A stretch of DNA of 64,000 bases from the NCBI GenBank assembly GCA_905178155.1, contig CAJINV010000005.1:4629556-4693555 (forward strand), written 5' to 3'. The position numbers and the translations under genes are program-made. The DNA comes from Amoebophrya sp. A120. Taxonomy: Eukaryota > Protista > Dinoflagellata. Shown piece by piece: positions 25,601 to 37,900 of the stretch; the stretch's first letter is position 1; every line of letters starts with the position of its first letter. The notes beneath the pieces were generated by a model. It made no database searches, was not told where the DNA came from, and saw only the letters and a program-made list of their open reading frames with translations.

Positions 25601-28600
25601 GTGGACACCCTCTCCCAGCGCCACAGGTCAAGGATCCCCTCCCCGGGGGGTGGGCGAGGAAGCGCTTTCGGCAACCTCATCATACATTACGTATTCCGCA
25701 TGGCAAGCTGCGTTTTTGCATGACAGGTAAGAGAGCCTTTTTTACGTGGCTATGCAACACAGGAGATTCTCGAGTCATGCCAGACAAGCATGACAAACTT
25801 GCATTCTTCCAGACCCAAACATTTTTGCATTTGATAGGGGCTCCTGCAGCTCCACATCCTTGTCCTTCAACCGCCTCCTTCAAAAGTTGCGTTCCTTCAT
25901 CGGCCAGTTTGCAAACCAGCGTGTTCAGCGCCAGTACGTCGTGGCGGTCGCTTTTGATCCCTTTATTTTTTCCGAGTTCTGGAGGTACAAGCCTCGGCAT
26001 CTTGATCTTCTCCTCGTCCTCTCGTTCTTCAGTGGGACGAGGAAGAACAATCTGCGCATGTTGATTCCAAATCTCTTCAAACCGGCCGGGTCTGAGGTGC
26101 ACAGTTCTCCAGGCGTCTTCCGGCATGTGTTTCAGTAAGACCGCTGCAACCTTGTCAATGCACGCGGCTCGGGATAATTGTGATGATGCACTATCAAAAA
26201 CCTCGTGCGAAGCTGCTGCTGCAGAAAGAAAAGAAGACGAGGATGAGGAAGAGGTCGAAGCTCCTGCACTCGGGAAAACAGAAGGAACATCAACGAGAAG
26301 CCCAACGTTCTTGCCGTTTCTGCAGCTTGCTGCGTTTTTTTCTTGTTCACCAGCATCGGCGTTCGGAGAACAAGTTGCACTTCTAGAGCTGCATTTATTC
26401 TTCAGCGAAAAACTGTCGACAAGCAGCGTCGCGAAGTGCTTAGCTAAGACTGTGCTGTAATGTTGATCGTCGTGCTGCAGGTCATGATAACGTTTTGGTT
26501 TTTCGCCTGCATCTTCCACCCCAGTCCCAAATATCATCTCCGCGACCTCTTTCTGCCCGTCGGGAGAAGCTTGAACTTGGTCAACATGGTCGCAACGGGC
26601 TTGTTGCACAGGGGCACATCCTTCGGGGCGGTCAGCACCCACCTTCTGCTCTACTTCTATCATGGCCGAACTGACACTAGTTCTGCCTGTCGTGACCGCG
26701 TGCGCATCAGGATCATGCTCGCAAGGTCTTGTTGAAGCCTGCTCGATAGCCGTGAAGATCTTCGCCGGCTCTTGAAGCGCCGGCGTGCCGTCCTGCACAA
26801 AAACATCGTGGTCCCCGTGCGTCGAAATGTGAGCTGCACCAGTAGTACTACTTCTACGCTCATGTGTACTAGTAGTGCCGTCACGACCCCTCGCTGTACT
26901 AGTCATTTCACGAGAGGACCTCCCACTGTGGTGGTCTACAACTACGGGGCTGCTGCAGCCCCCGTAATGCTGTGCCATCCTGAGTTCTCTCGCCCGAGCA
27001 ATGGTGCCCGGCAGTGGAGTATCCAAAAACAAAACTGTGTTTAGTGTAACCTTCTTTGGCTGACAGCACCACAGATTTCCTCTCCATGATAGAGACAAGC
27101 TGTAATGCGTGGCTTGTAAGGGAAAACACACATGGAAAGAGGACTTCATGGCTGTCTGGCATGACAGGGGTAACTCTCTTCCTCTTGCATGTTCTGCAAC
27201 ACAGAGTTACACTTACCCAGTTTTTTTCTTGCATATGGAGTTTTCGAGGCCACTTCCACGTATTCGTTTGTGGAGGAATACACACGAAGCTGCGGTGGAG
27301 ATGATGAACCTGCAGGCTGTGCTTGTTGTTGCCACGACTGGGATATCATATGTAAAAACATCCCCACCCCATAGTCAAGTTGGGAACTTAGCAACACAAA
27401 TGCAGAAGCTTTGGGAGCCACGCATGACAAGTTGCAGTCCGCTTTGTAGTGCATGTTAACAAGGACGTCCGCATCACAAATCCATCTGCTTATCCTGTTT
27501 GCAGCATTACAAATGCCAAAACACGATTGGATATGCCTGGCATGGGGAAGCGCATTACAAGCGTTCCTGTCATTGCAAATCTGCATGGGGACGTTTTTAC
27601 ACAGGATATGGGACTGCGTTTGATGTTCTCTACTACTTCCGCCCTTGTTCTTTGGGCGACGCTGTTTATTTCCACGTTTGCCCCCGCGATTAGTACCACG
27701 TGCGTACAAGTTTGATGTTGTTGTTTCAGTTTCCGCGGCGCCGGACGTTGCGTCAGTGATGTAGTGGTCCACGGCCGGTGGTACTTCTACGGGTCGTTCA
27801 TTGTGCTGATAATACGTGGTTCCCCCGAGAACAAAACTTGTGGTCCTCGCCATTGATGAAGAAGAGCTGGAGGCCGCAGTACCGCCTGCGGCAAGAACAT
27901 CAACCCCATGTAGTTCTTGCGGCCGCATTGCTTGGTCCGGCGTGCTGTGATCCATCTTGGGTGGAATAAAACCTCCACCTACTTGCTGTCGGCCGCACGT
28001 ATGATTTTCGTTATTGTGAGGATGTTCTTGCCCCCCACCTCTGGTGGCTTTTCCTGCACCTTGTGGCCCCCGCTGTGGTCCACGACCTGGGACGGAGCGA
28101 GCAGCTGCGGGGCGTTGGTGCGGCTGCAAGTTCTTCGGCCGCGACAAGTAGTCCCCATTATCCTCTTTGATGTTAATCGACCACAAACTGCACGGATCAT
28201 CTGCAGCTTCCTGCCCGGTCATTTCCCGGCGGGCGCGTAGTTCGTCGTACAGCTTTCCCTTATGAAGTGCAAAAGTGTCTGGGTCTGGAAACTTGTGATG
28301 CTAAAATGTGCATGATGAAAACACTTCCGAATGCAGTCCGGCATGACAACTTCCCAAAACGCTTTCTCATAGGCAATCCGCATGAGAAACTGCGTTTTTG
28401 CATGACAAAAGAGGCTGCGACTTTTGTTGGTTATGCGAATACAGATTTTCTAGGTATGGAAAGCTAGCATTACATACCAGTTCCAACCTTCCAGACCCAG
28501 ATATTTTCACAATCGATATCCCTGCTGGTGCATCGACAGCTGGTTCCAGTACTCCCTTTGTTGCTGGTTCAGAAACGATTGCTGCTGCCGATTGTGTATT

Positions 28601-31600
28601 TCCTGCGCAGCATATGAGAGTGCACAACTCCCCGTCCCCCTCATTATTTGTCATGCAAAAACGCAAATCCAGGCTGTGCTTGTTGGCACTGTTGGCATGA
28701 CAAACTCCGGAAGCCCAAACAGTATTACACTCCAGTGTAAATTTGTCATGCAAAAACGGCATTCTTGCTGATGCTTGTATTGCCGTTTATGCTATACAGT
28801 TGAGGGGGAGGGGGTGGAGTTCGAATTGTGCATTGTCATACAGCACGGATTGCCTGCGTCTCTTGGACTTGTCCCTGCAATTTCTGGGCCTTGAGCAGCA
28901 ATTGCTGTTCCTGGAGTAATATCATCTGCAAATATGTCTGGGTCTGGAAGAATGCTAGTTTGTCATGCTTGTCTGGCATGACTCGAGAATCTGCGTTACA
29001 TAGGGACGAAAAGGCCCTCTTACCACCTGTCATGCAAAACGCAGCTTGCCATGCCGAAACACATCATGGCAGCCAAAAAATTCGTCATGCATAGCTGCGT
29101 TTTGCAGTGCGTCACGTCTATCATTCACTTTTAGCATTACAAATTTCCAGACCGCCCAGACATATTTGCAATCCATAAGTAAATGCTCTCTTCGAATCCG
29201 CTCGAGCTCCAACTGTCGGGCCAAGAAAGTGTCGTGGTGGGTCCGTCCGCCTGGACGAGCTTGGGTTTGCGAGGACCGCGGCACCGCCGCTGGATCTTCT
29301 GCTGTGCTTGCTGCAGCCCCAGCAGCTCGAAGAACTTCCGCTTGATGTCCTCGTGTACTATCGCTGTCACCTTGCGCGGCTGAAGTAACATCTGGTTCTG
29401 TAGTCGATGCACCAGCAGCTTCCGGTACAACTTCCTGTGTAGTATTGCAGTTCACGACCCCTGCTGGCCGAGATGGTGACAACTGGGGCGCCTCCACTGG
29501 AAGATTTCCTGTGCTTGGTGCACCAGCAGCTCCCGCTTGTCGTGTACTATCACTGTCACCTTGTTTCGCCGAGGTAGTTCCACTTCCTCCGCCGTTCGTG
29601 CCGTCAACTTCTACTGCCGGTGGTGGATCATGATGTCGCAAAGTGTTTGTTTTTCTTGGACCAGCATTTTTCATCGACCCTGCACTGCCAGTGCTAGAGG
29701 TAGTTCCGGCCTCCTCGACCCACGTCACCTGCCGGACGACGGCGTGGTCTTGGTGCACTTCCATTTTTGGCCCCCGCTGGTGCTCCTGCGACGGAGCAGC
29801 AGTAGGAAGTACTAAAGCTGCGGCCACTTGATCGTGGACTTTGTCTTCACCACCATCGGCGATCATACCAAGTGTTCCTCCTGTCGCCACGAACGGCATT
29901 GGAGTGCTGGACGATGCGTTGCTTGTTCCCGGAATAACCGAGGAGCCGTAAAAATAGCAGGTCTGGAAAGCAGGCGCAGCTAGTTGCACAACTTCGACTT
30001 CCCCCGCCGCCGCGGAAGTAGCTTGGTCGTTCGTCGTGGTGGTCTCCTGCCTTGTCCTCCGATCGGTGTAGCAAGAGGACCGTGACATCATTTGCAGAGC
30101 GCCAGCCTTTGCATCAGGTTGTTCCTCGAATAAAGTTGTAGAACTGCGGGTGCAGGGGGCTAAAGTTGTAGAAGCCTGATCCGGCGCTCCTGATGAAGAC
30201 GAGCGGTCTACGCCGGACGAGGACAGCGCTTGTAGCAATCTGTTCGTATTTTCCAACACAGCAGTAGTGTTACTAGCTATGCCGCGCCCCAGAAGATCGT
30301 GTTCGTTGCGGATTGCCTTGCGCCACCCCGGAACCACGTTCAAGCCCCCGCCTTGTTGGTCACGAAATTGATAGAAGTGGTCCTCATATTTTTTGTCCTT
30401 TTCTCGTTGCGGCAAAGCCAAAGTTGTTGAAAATGCATGTTGCGACATTTCGATTTCCTTCCCACCTACTTCATCATGTAGTGAAAACAGCCCAGGGTTC
30501 CTCGGAGCTAGCGCTTTTTGGGCTTGCGCCTGAGGGAAAACAGACGGAGAGCATGCGGAATGATCAACAGAAGTAGACGCCCCCGCGCCGCGCAAAAGGT
30601 TTCCTGCATGATCTCCCGTAGTACTGTGAGGACCGGCTTCATTCTGCGGACCTTGGGTGTTTTGTTGCGGCACGACTGGCAGAACATCATTGAAACTTCC
30701 CGTCGGGAAGAACGGATAAGAACGAGGCATCGCATTTGCAGCTGTTCCCCCGTCTGAAGACGATGTTCCCGCCCCGGATAAAGCCACGCCAGCAGTTGCA
30801 CCATCCGTCCCCGCATTTTGCGCTACAGTTCGCGGAAACACGAAGCCCCCGACACTGCGGCCCGGTGCGGTGGACGTGTTTGGAAGGGAATCCACAGTCG
30901 TCGTGATATTTTTCAACGCTGGTGCGAGAACCTGCGGCATGGGTCGTGATTTCGACGTTTTGTCGTGCGTCGGGTCGTGAAGAAAAGGCTGCGGCGGGAT
31001 CAGGTGCTGGTGTCCAACTCCCGCTGGATGTCCCAGCTCCAGTGTTGCGAAAGTCGAGCCTGCAGTTGTTGTCGTGCCACCTCCTGTATTTATTAGTGTG
31101 TTCGGAGAAGAAGCGGCGAATGGAGACGGACTGTAGCTGTACATTGGCACCATACTGGAATAAGCCGCCGACGTCGACCCACCAATTTTATCTATGCAGA
31201 AATTTGAATCAAGGTGAACAAATACCTAATAGCTGGAGCCCGTGCATGGCTCTTGGTGTTGTACGATATTTTCACGCATGACAGAAGATCATCTTCGCTC
31301 ACTTCTCTTGATTCATCAAAAGCATCTACTTCTAGTTTTCCCCTTCGATAGAAAACTACTCCGTAGTCCTGACTATATTCAATCGCGGGCGCCAGACGAG
31401 CGAGGTGATGAAGCGAAGGCGCGGGGGCAGCTCCAGAAGGTGTTCGTTGTTCTACAGTCTCCTGCTGCGGAGTTGCGTTTTGATTTTGAACATACGCAAC
31501 TGCAGCTTCATAAGTCCTTGCATTTACCTCCGCCGGCAAGGGTGGTGGCGGGGGCGGCCGACCAGTAAATAAAGCAACGGGCGTAGTGCCACGTTGTGCA

Positions 31601-32719
31601 TGGTTTTGATTTAGTTGTTCCACGCCGCCACCGCGCGACGGTAGCTGTTGGGCTCCGGTTGAAAATCCTCGTGTAGTTTGATACAACTCCGACGTCGTGC
31701 CGGTCATCAGTCCGGAGGCACCAGTTGGGGCTGCACCAGGGACGACTTGCTGAAAAGGTTGATGACGACCCCCCGCTGCTTGTCCTCCAGAATGAAGACC
31801 AGTCGTGTGTTGCAGCATTAAAGCAACGGGCGTGGCACCGCGTTGTGAATAATTTTGATGTAGTTGCTCCAGGCTGCCGCCATGCGCCGGCAGCTGTTGG
31901 GCTCCAGTTGTAGTTCCTCGTGTAGTTTGATAGTCCGACGTCGTGCCGGTCATCATTCCGGAGTGTGGCGTTCTCAAACGTTACATTCTCAGCTGTTACA
32001 TAAATTTGTCATGCAAAAGCACCTTGAGCCGGCAGATGATCGAGCTGCTTCGCATGACAAATTTCGGAAGGGCTAGACAGCATGTAAATCTGCGCCAAAC
32101 TCGTAATGCAAAAGGCGCAACCTTCCTCCTTTCACTTTTGCCAGTCTTGTATTGCAAATTTATGTAACAGTTGAGAATGTGACATTTGAGAACTCCATAC
32201 GGAGGCAGTTGGGGCTGCACCAGGGACGACTTGCCCAGCTTGCTGAAAAGGTTGATGACGAGGACCCCCCGCTGCTTGTCCTCCAGAATGAAGACCAGTC
32301 GTGTGTTGCAGCACTGACGGCGACGCCATCTGCTGCTGCTGGTGCTGCTGTTGCCAAGCGGCCTGTTGTTGCCCTTGCCCCACGGAAGACTGATCATGCT
32401 CTACTTGTTGCCAGGCCACTTGCGGAAGATGTTGCCACGATGCTGGTCCTGCTTCTGTCGTGCCCAAATTCCGGAGATTCTGGGGCTGAGAGCCGCGTGG
32501 CAGCTGTGCCGCGAAGACTACTACACCTGTCCCCGCATGAAAATGAAGAAATACGTAGTCGGGATATTGAAATAAAGATAGAAAGAGTACAAGTAGAATC
32601 ATGGTAGGAGACAGCGATGAAATTCTTTGAACTACGTGCTCGATCGGCATAGAAAAACAACAGGTGGAGTTCGCCATGATCGACGTCGCAGGTAGTGTCT
32701 TTCTTTTTACGGGCGACAT
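22671..32719 (-). CDS. Large (~2460 aa) low-complexity Q/S/T/A-rich protein, N-terminal hydrophobic segment, C-terminal helical domain; 10 introners plus one unresolved intron (~31193-31281)
   Basis: All ten element+TSD removals join consecutive ORFs in frame (e.g. TAS|GMM, HLL|QEQ, IRA|AQE, KTP|LPG, GAP|PGV, VNI|MGE). Confidence 0.8.
23545..23818. mobile_element. Introner, family A
   Basis: TIRs; perfect TSD TATTG. Confidence 0.9.
24463..24730. mobile_element. Introner, family A (opposite orientation to 1013 and 6025)
   Basis: TIRs; perfect TSD CTTCC. Confidence 0.92.
24787..24938. mobile_element. Introner, family C
   Basis: TIRs; TSD AGGTG/AGGCG; LRCA|CAA. Confidence 0.85.
25468..25836. 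mobile_element. Introner, family A, with nested 100-bp insert
   Basis: TIRs; perfect TSD GGGGC. Confidence 0.9.
27020..27235. mobile_element. Introner, family D (TATC..A.GAAAAAA..G)
   Basis: Imperfect TIRs; perfect TSD TGGAG. Confidence 0.85.
27344..27608. mobile_element. Introner, family E (TATCCTGAGTAAAAACGTACCCAC)
   Basis: TIRs; perfect TSD TGGGA; homologous to 35986/37619/41072/62920. Confidence 0.88.
28261..28518. mobile_element. Introner, family A
   Basis: TIRs; perfect TSD TCCCT. Confidence 0.9.
28613..28840. mobile_element. Introner, family F (TATGA.AGTGCACAACTCCCC)
   Basis: TIRs; perfect TSD CAGCA; homologue at 53018. Confidence 0.88.
28920..29177. mobile_element. Introner, family A
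   Basis: TIRs; perfect TSD AGTAA. Confidence 0.9.
31964..32199. mobile_element. Introner, family G (TATGGCGTTCTCAAATGTTACATTCTCA)
   Basis: ~45-bp TIR; perfect TSD CGGAG; empty site in intragenic repeat at ~31712. Confidence 0.9.
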
Positions 32720-34995
32720 TTTTTTGTCTGCTTCGCTGTTATAGTTATTCTTATTTCTGAAAACGCATGAAGAAATAGATTACAATAATAGGTTTTTTTA
32801 CGATGAGCCAACATAGAGCACGAACAGGCCCTTGCGTGTGTGCTCTCTAGTGGGCTAAGCGTGGTCGTACTTCAACAGCAGCGATGTGCAGTGCTGATGT
32901 GGTCTGAAATTCTAGCAATAAATATTCGAATAGAAAGGAATCTCGCTAGTACGAGTAGATGACTATAGGGTAAAAAGGTTTCTAGACGATGGCATTAGGC
33001 CATAAGTGCCAATTTCGCTTTTTGTCAATCGACCTGCAACAGATGAAAATTCAAACGTGCAACAACAGTTCTAAAGCGGACACATCTCCGAACGGCGTGT
33101 AATTGTGAATACATTGCCAATACTGCAGCTCTGCGAGGGTATTACTTCTGCTGCCGCCTTTTTTCCAAGAAAAACTACGAGACCACAAAAGGAACGTCTC
33201 ACAAAGTCACCGCGCAATGCCCTCTTACACCACATCTATCTAAATCCAATACGCTAGATCAGTTGTCTTCATTGTTCCTCAGTGATGAAATCCGGTTTTT
33301 TAATGCGACGTCTTGGTTTTGCTGATGGAAGCATGTGCTGCTTCATCAACATCATGTTTGATTGTAGCAGTAAATAATTAGATCTCGTCGTGATGTGGTC
33401 GGAGGACGACCTCTTTCGGGCTACTAGCAAGAAGTGGTCTTCATTGGGAGTAGTAGATCTCTTTCGACGTTCTTGAACAGGTAAACGAGTACAGAAACAA
33501 CAGCTATCCTGGTCCTCCTCCTCCTGGTGTGCTCATTCCTCAGATCCCTAAGAATTTTGAAACCACCACGTTTAGTCAAGATCCCGCGGCTCATCGATGT
33601 CAATATCCTATGTGTACTTCTATCAAGAAGAGCTGCTTGAGGAGCAGCAAGAACCATTTAAGAGTAGATCTGCGACTAACAACTGGATGATCCGCACGTG
33701 AATAAACTAACATAAAGGAGGGCGTCAAAAAAACTTTCGAAATCTACCAGACTTCTGGTAAAGCGGGACCTCTAGTCACTTCCTCGTTCCTCGAAATCAA
33801 ATACAATTACGAACACCAAGTCTACTTACTTTCGAAACGACGGCAATACACCGTTGATAACCAGGCTCAGTTTCGAAAGCCAGAGGATTTGTTCCTGCTC
33901 GTCCTACCTGAGTTAGCAGGATTTACATATTTCTCTTGTAGCGTTTGCGTTTCCACCAGTGCTTCACCAGAAGAGTGGTACATGAGAACGCGTTTTCCTC
34001 AGTGCTTCAAAAGTCTACTTCGGCTGAACTTCTTTCCTCCTGCATTTAGGTGCCCAGATTTTTACTTATCGCGCATGTGCCAGGCTTCTTCGTTTTCCGC
34101 GTCGCGATTTTATTCGCGTGCGGATTCCGTTTCGTGCAAATATTCAAACGCGTGGCGGGCCTTCATCATATGGCTCGCGCCCGCTCGTGCTTTGCATTGA
34201 GTTCTAGAACTCTCCAAAATGCCTGCCAGCCTCTTGCTGGGCCCTCTATATGAGTAGCGCTGTAGCGCTACAAGTAAAAACTATACGCATTTTTTTCATT
34301 TACTTACAATTGCATGTCGCAAGTAAAAATTATACATGTCGCGTTATTGTGTTAAGGTCGCTTTATTGTGTTTAGTCCTTTTCTGAAGTAGCGCAAACAG
34401 CGCGAGAAGAAAACACAGCTCTCAACCGGAACTTCCCGGCGCCAATTAACATCCTGATGAATCGTACAAGGATACTACTACTTCCAAGCCCCAAAATTTC
34501 ACATTTAAAAAATATGTTTGTTGACCAAAACAAGAAGCATAAAATCTTTTCTGATTTTGCATGCAAAGGAATTTTTGCATGAACAAAACAGAAACCTTTT
34601 AGACTTTGAGATGGGCCTAAAAGGAGGCCTCGCTCAGCATGAAATCTAACAAGCAAAAATTATACACATTTCTTTCTTATGTCGTGTTATTGTCTTTCGC
34701 CACAATGTACTCTTCTGAAGTAGCGCAAACATCGCGAGAAGGAAACACAGCTTTCAACCCCGACGCCCATTAACAAAAAAAAGAACAAATCGGGATCGTA
34801 ATAGGATACTGCTACTTTCATCCAAGCACCAAATAAATGTCGCATTTTTAAAAATAATAAATGAGAATCGTCGACCACGGTCATGATCTTCTTGTGTATC
34901 TATAGTATTGGAAATTCCAATTAGACTTTGAATAATAGACGAACACAGCTTTGTTCGTCTCCGCATTCTTTCACACAATGGGCCACATTCGCTAC

Positions 34996-37900
34996 TTACT
35001 GCGTGCGCTCCCTCAGGCAGCTATTCCGCTCTCGTATGCGGTTCCGGTCCATCTCCTCCCTAGGCTGTGGTCCTCCCGCCGGCGCCGCGTAACACGCGTC
35101 AGCTGGGATGTGCTGGTAGACGCCGGCGGCAATGTCTTCCTCTAGCACGGCTATCTCGATCTCTTCTTTCTGTCCAGAGGAGAGGAGGTCTGTGAATGAT
35201 TGGCCCATCATCGAGGCTGTGAAAGCTATGTCCTCCATGATGCCACTAATCAGGTCGTACGCAACCGGCTCATCCGCCATCGGGCCCGTTGGGACCGCGT
35301 CCGGAGCCCATTGGTCCCAGGGATAGAGCTCGTCACCATAGGCTGTACAGGATCGGCCCGCATTATTCGGATCGCGGCGACTGTGGCGCAGGTGATAAAA
35401 CAAATTCTTGATGTGGGCGCCCGTGCCACCCCATTGGTTTGGTAAATTCCTCACAGCGTAAAGGCTTCGTACGGTCTGTGGTCGCGGCTGCAAAGCAGGT
35501 GCAGCCGGGAGGTGTGTTGGCGCTGTTCTTGTCACCTCGAACTGAAGTTCTTCGTGCAGAAGCCTGCTGTCTCGTCGTCCTCCGCTCGTGTGGTCATTGA
35601 GGGCCGCCAAGGAGCTGTCATCCCGCCCGCCAAAGTTTTTCTGCGCAGACCGCATGTACAACAGGGTTTTGTAATCTACCAGGGACACTTCATACCGCAC
35701 TTGTTGTACAAGGGGAGCCGCGGCAGGTGGAGCAGCCGGGGGCTGCGACGGGTCTTCTACTTCCAGAAGCTCAAAGTGCACCAACATGTTCAAGCCGTGC
35801 AGGTCGAGGTATAAAAAACCCGACCGGTCCAGTGTCCGCAAGTTTCGCACCAGCTCCGCGTACAGCCCCTGCACAAAGTCGGTAGAAGTCGACGTACTAT
35901 CCGTATAGAGGGCCTGCAGGGCGTCGTCAAAATCTGCGGCAATAGAGGCTGGTGTCCTAGTTGTAGTTGTGTTCGCTGGTCGTCGTATCCTGAGTAAAAA
36001 CGTACCCACACCAGAGTTCAGTTGTAATGCAGATTTGCAAAGACAGGAAGACTTGTAATGCACATCCGCATGAGAGCCATTTCCAGTCAGATGAATTTGT
36101 GATGCGGCTGCACTTGCTAACCTGCACTACACTGCAGAGTGCCACTTTTCATGCGTGACTCACAAAACTCCTAGGTTTGTGTTGCAAAATCCCCATCCTG
36201 ACTCTGGTGTGGGTACGTTTTTACTCAGGATACGTCGTGGTCGGCCAGCTGCTCCTGGCGCTCCTGCCCCCCGCCGCTGCAGAAATGTAGTTGTGGTGTG
36301 GCCTGCTTCTTGTCGGGCACTCTTGACGGCCCGCAACACGTCGCTCAAGGGCATCGACCGCCGAGCCAGAACGGAGCTTGTTCGTGGTCCAGGTGCGGTC
36401 GGCGGCTTCGGGGTGGACAACTCGTCGTCATCAGCCTTTGCCATTATCGTCAAAAAGCCACAGCCGGTCTCTTTGCCGGGCTCACCGATTACGGAGAGGA
36501 TGGTCGGAGCGGGAACGGGTCGCATCCTAAGAAATCGTCTCATGCGCTCGCCTTCAACTACACCTCCCTGCACGCCACCAGCCTCCTTTTCTAGGCTTGG
36601 GAATGCGGGGAGCGAGGTCATACCCAGCGCAACCCTGTGGCACACATCTGAAATTTTTTCAGCGTTGTGCAGAAAACCCTTGGCGAGGTCGACGTTGCGA
36701 AAGTCGAGCTCGTCAAATTTCAGGAAAATTGGGACCGTACTCGCACTAGTCCTCGCGCCGGGGAGCGTGAGCTCTGCGTCCGCCCAGCCCACGCGCTGGG
36801 AACGAATGGGAGAGAACTGATCCAGATTCAGGCGCCGGACATAGGAGGGCCGCAGTCTTCGGCTTTTCACGATGTACTTGCCCGACCGGTACGCGGGTAC
36901 ACCCGGATAGCGTCCATCGTAAAACGCGCCTGCAGGAAGGTCGAGCTCAATGGTGAAGCCATCGACGTCTCCTGCGCCGTTATTATTTCCAGGAGCGCCA
37001 GCATTCTTCTTCATGTCGACGGACACATAGGTGGAAGTCGAGTTGGAGGAATTTGGGGCGTTCGTGGTCGTAGCAGTTGCTCGTCCGCCTCGTTGCGTCC
37101 TCGTCCACTGCCTGCACTCCACCACGTCCGGCGACTGGCACAGCGCGTTCAGCCCCGCATGCTGGATCACGAGCTGTGACTCTGCAAATAACGGGGGTAC
37201 TGGCCGCGGCGGTGGTGCAGGTTGGGGGCCGGGTGTTGGCTGCGGCGGTGGAGGTGGTGCAGCTTGGGCCTGGCCACTACGAACAACACAGCCCTCGGCC
37301 CGCTCGTCATTGGTGCGGTTTTTGCCGCCACTGTTGACGTACGAAACCCAATCCTGGCGGCTGCGCGGGATCTGGGCGAACCGCGAAAACTGGTCTTCCA
37401 GTTTGCGCCCAAACAAAGCCAGTCGCGCATCGGAATTGTAGGTGGCGAAAGAAGCGAAAACTTTCGCAAGGTCCTCAACGTCCCAGAAGGTGTCCGGCTT
37501 CACCTCGGTGCGTAGTTTCACCAGATTCGCCTCGTACAAGGGGTAATTCGAAAGCAAGTGCTGGACTGCAGTGGCAATGGTTCGGCTTTCTTTTGGTCGC
37601 CGGAAAAAAGTGGGGTCTCATCCTGAGTAAAAACGTACCCACACCAGAGTCAGGATGGGGATTTTGCAACACAAACTTAGGAGTTTTGTGAGTCACGCAT
37701 GACAAGTTGCACACTGCAGTGTAGTGCAGGTTAGCAACTGCAGCCGCGTCACAGATTCATCTGCTCATCCTGTTCACAGCATCACAAATTCCAAAACACG
37801 ATTGGAAATGGCTCTCATGGGGATGCGCATTACAAGTCTTCCTGTCTTTGCAAATCTGCATTACAACTCTGGTGTGGGGACGTTTTTACTCAGGATAGGT

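Noticed and set aside
34280-34780. Short imperfect direct duplication (~34325-34430 vs ~34656-34760) downstream of the UGT-kinase gene
   Set aside because: Degenerate local duplication without TIR, TSD or coding signal.
36155-37515. Long plus-strand ORFs (also 2680-3243, 39730-40392, 54079-54786, 62956-63801)
   Set aside because: Antisense shadows of GC-rich minus-strand exons or introner read-through; no recognisable motifs.
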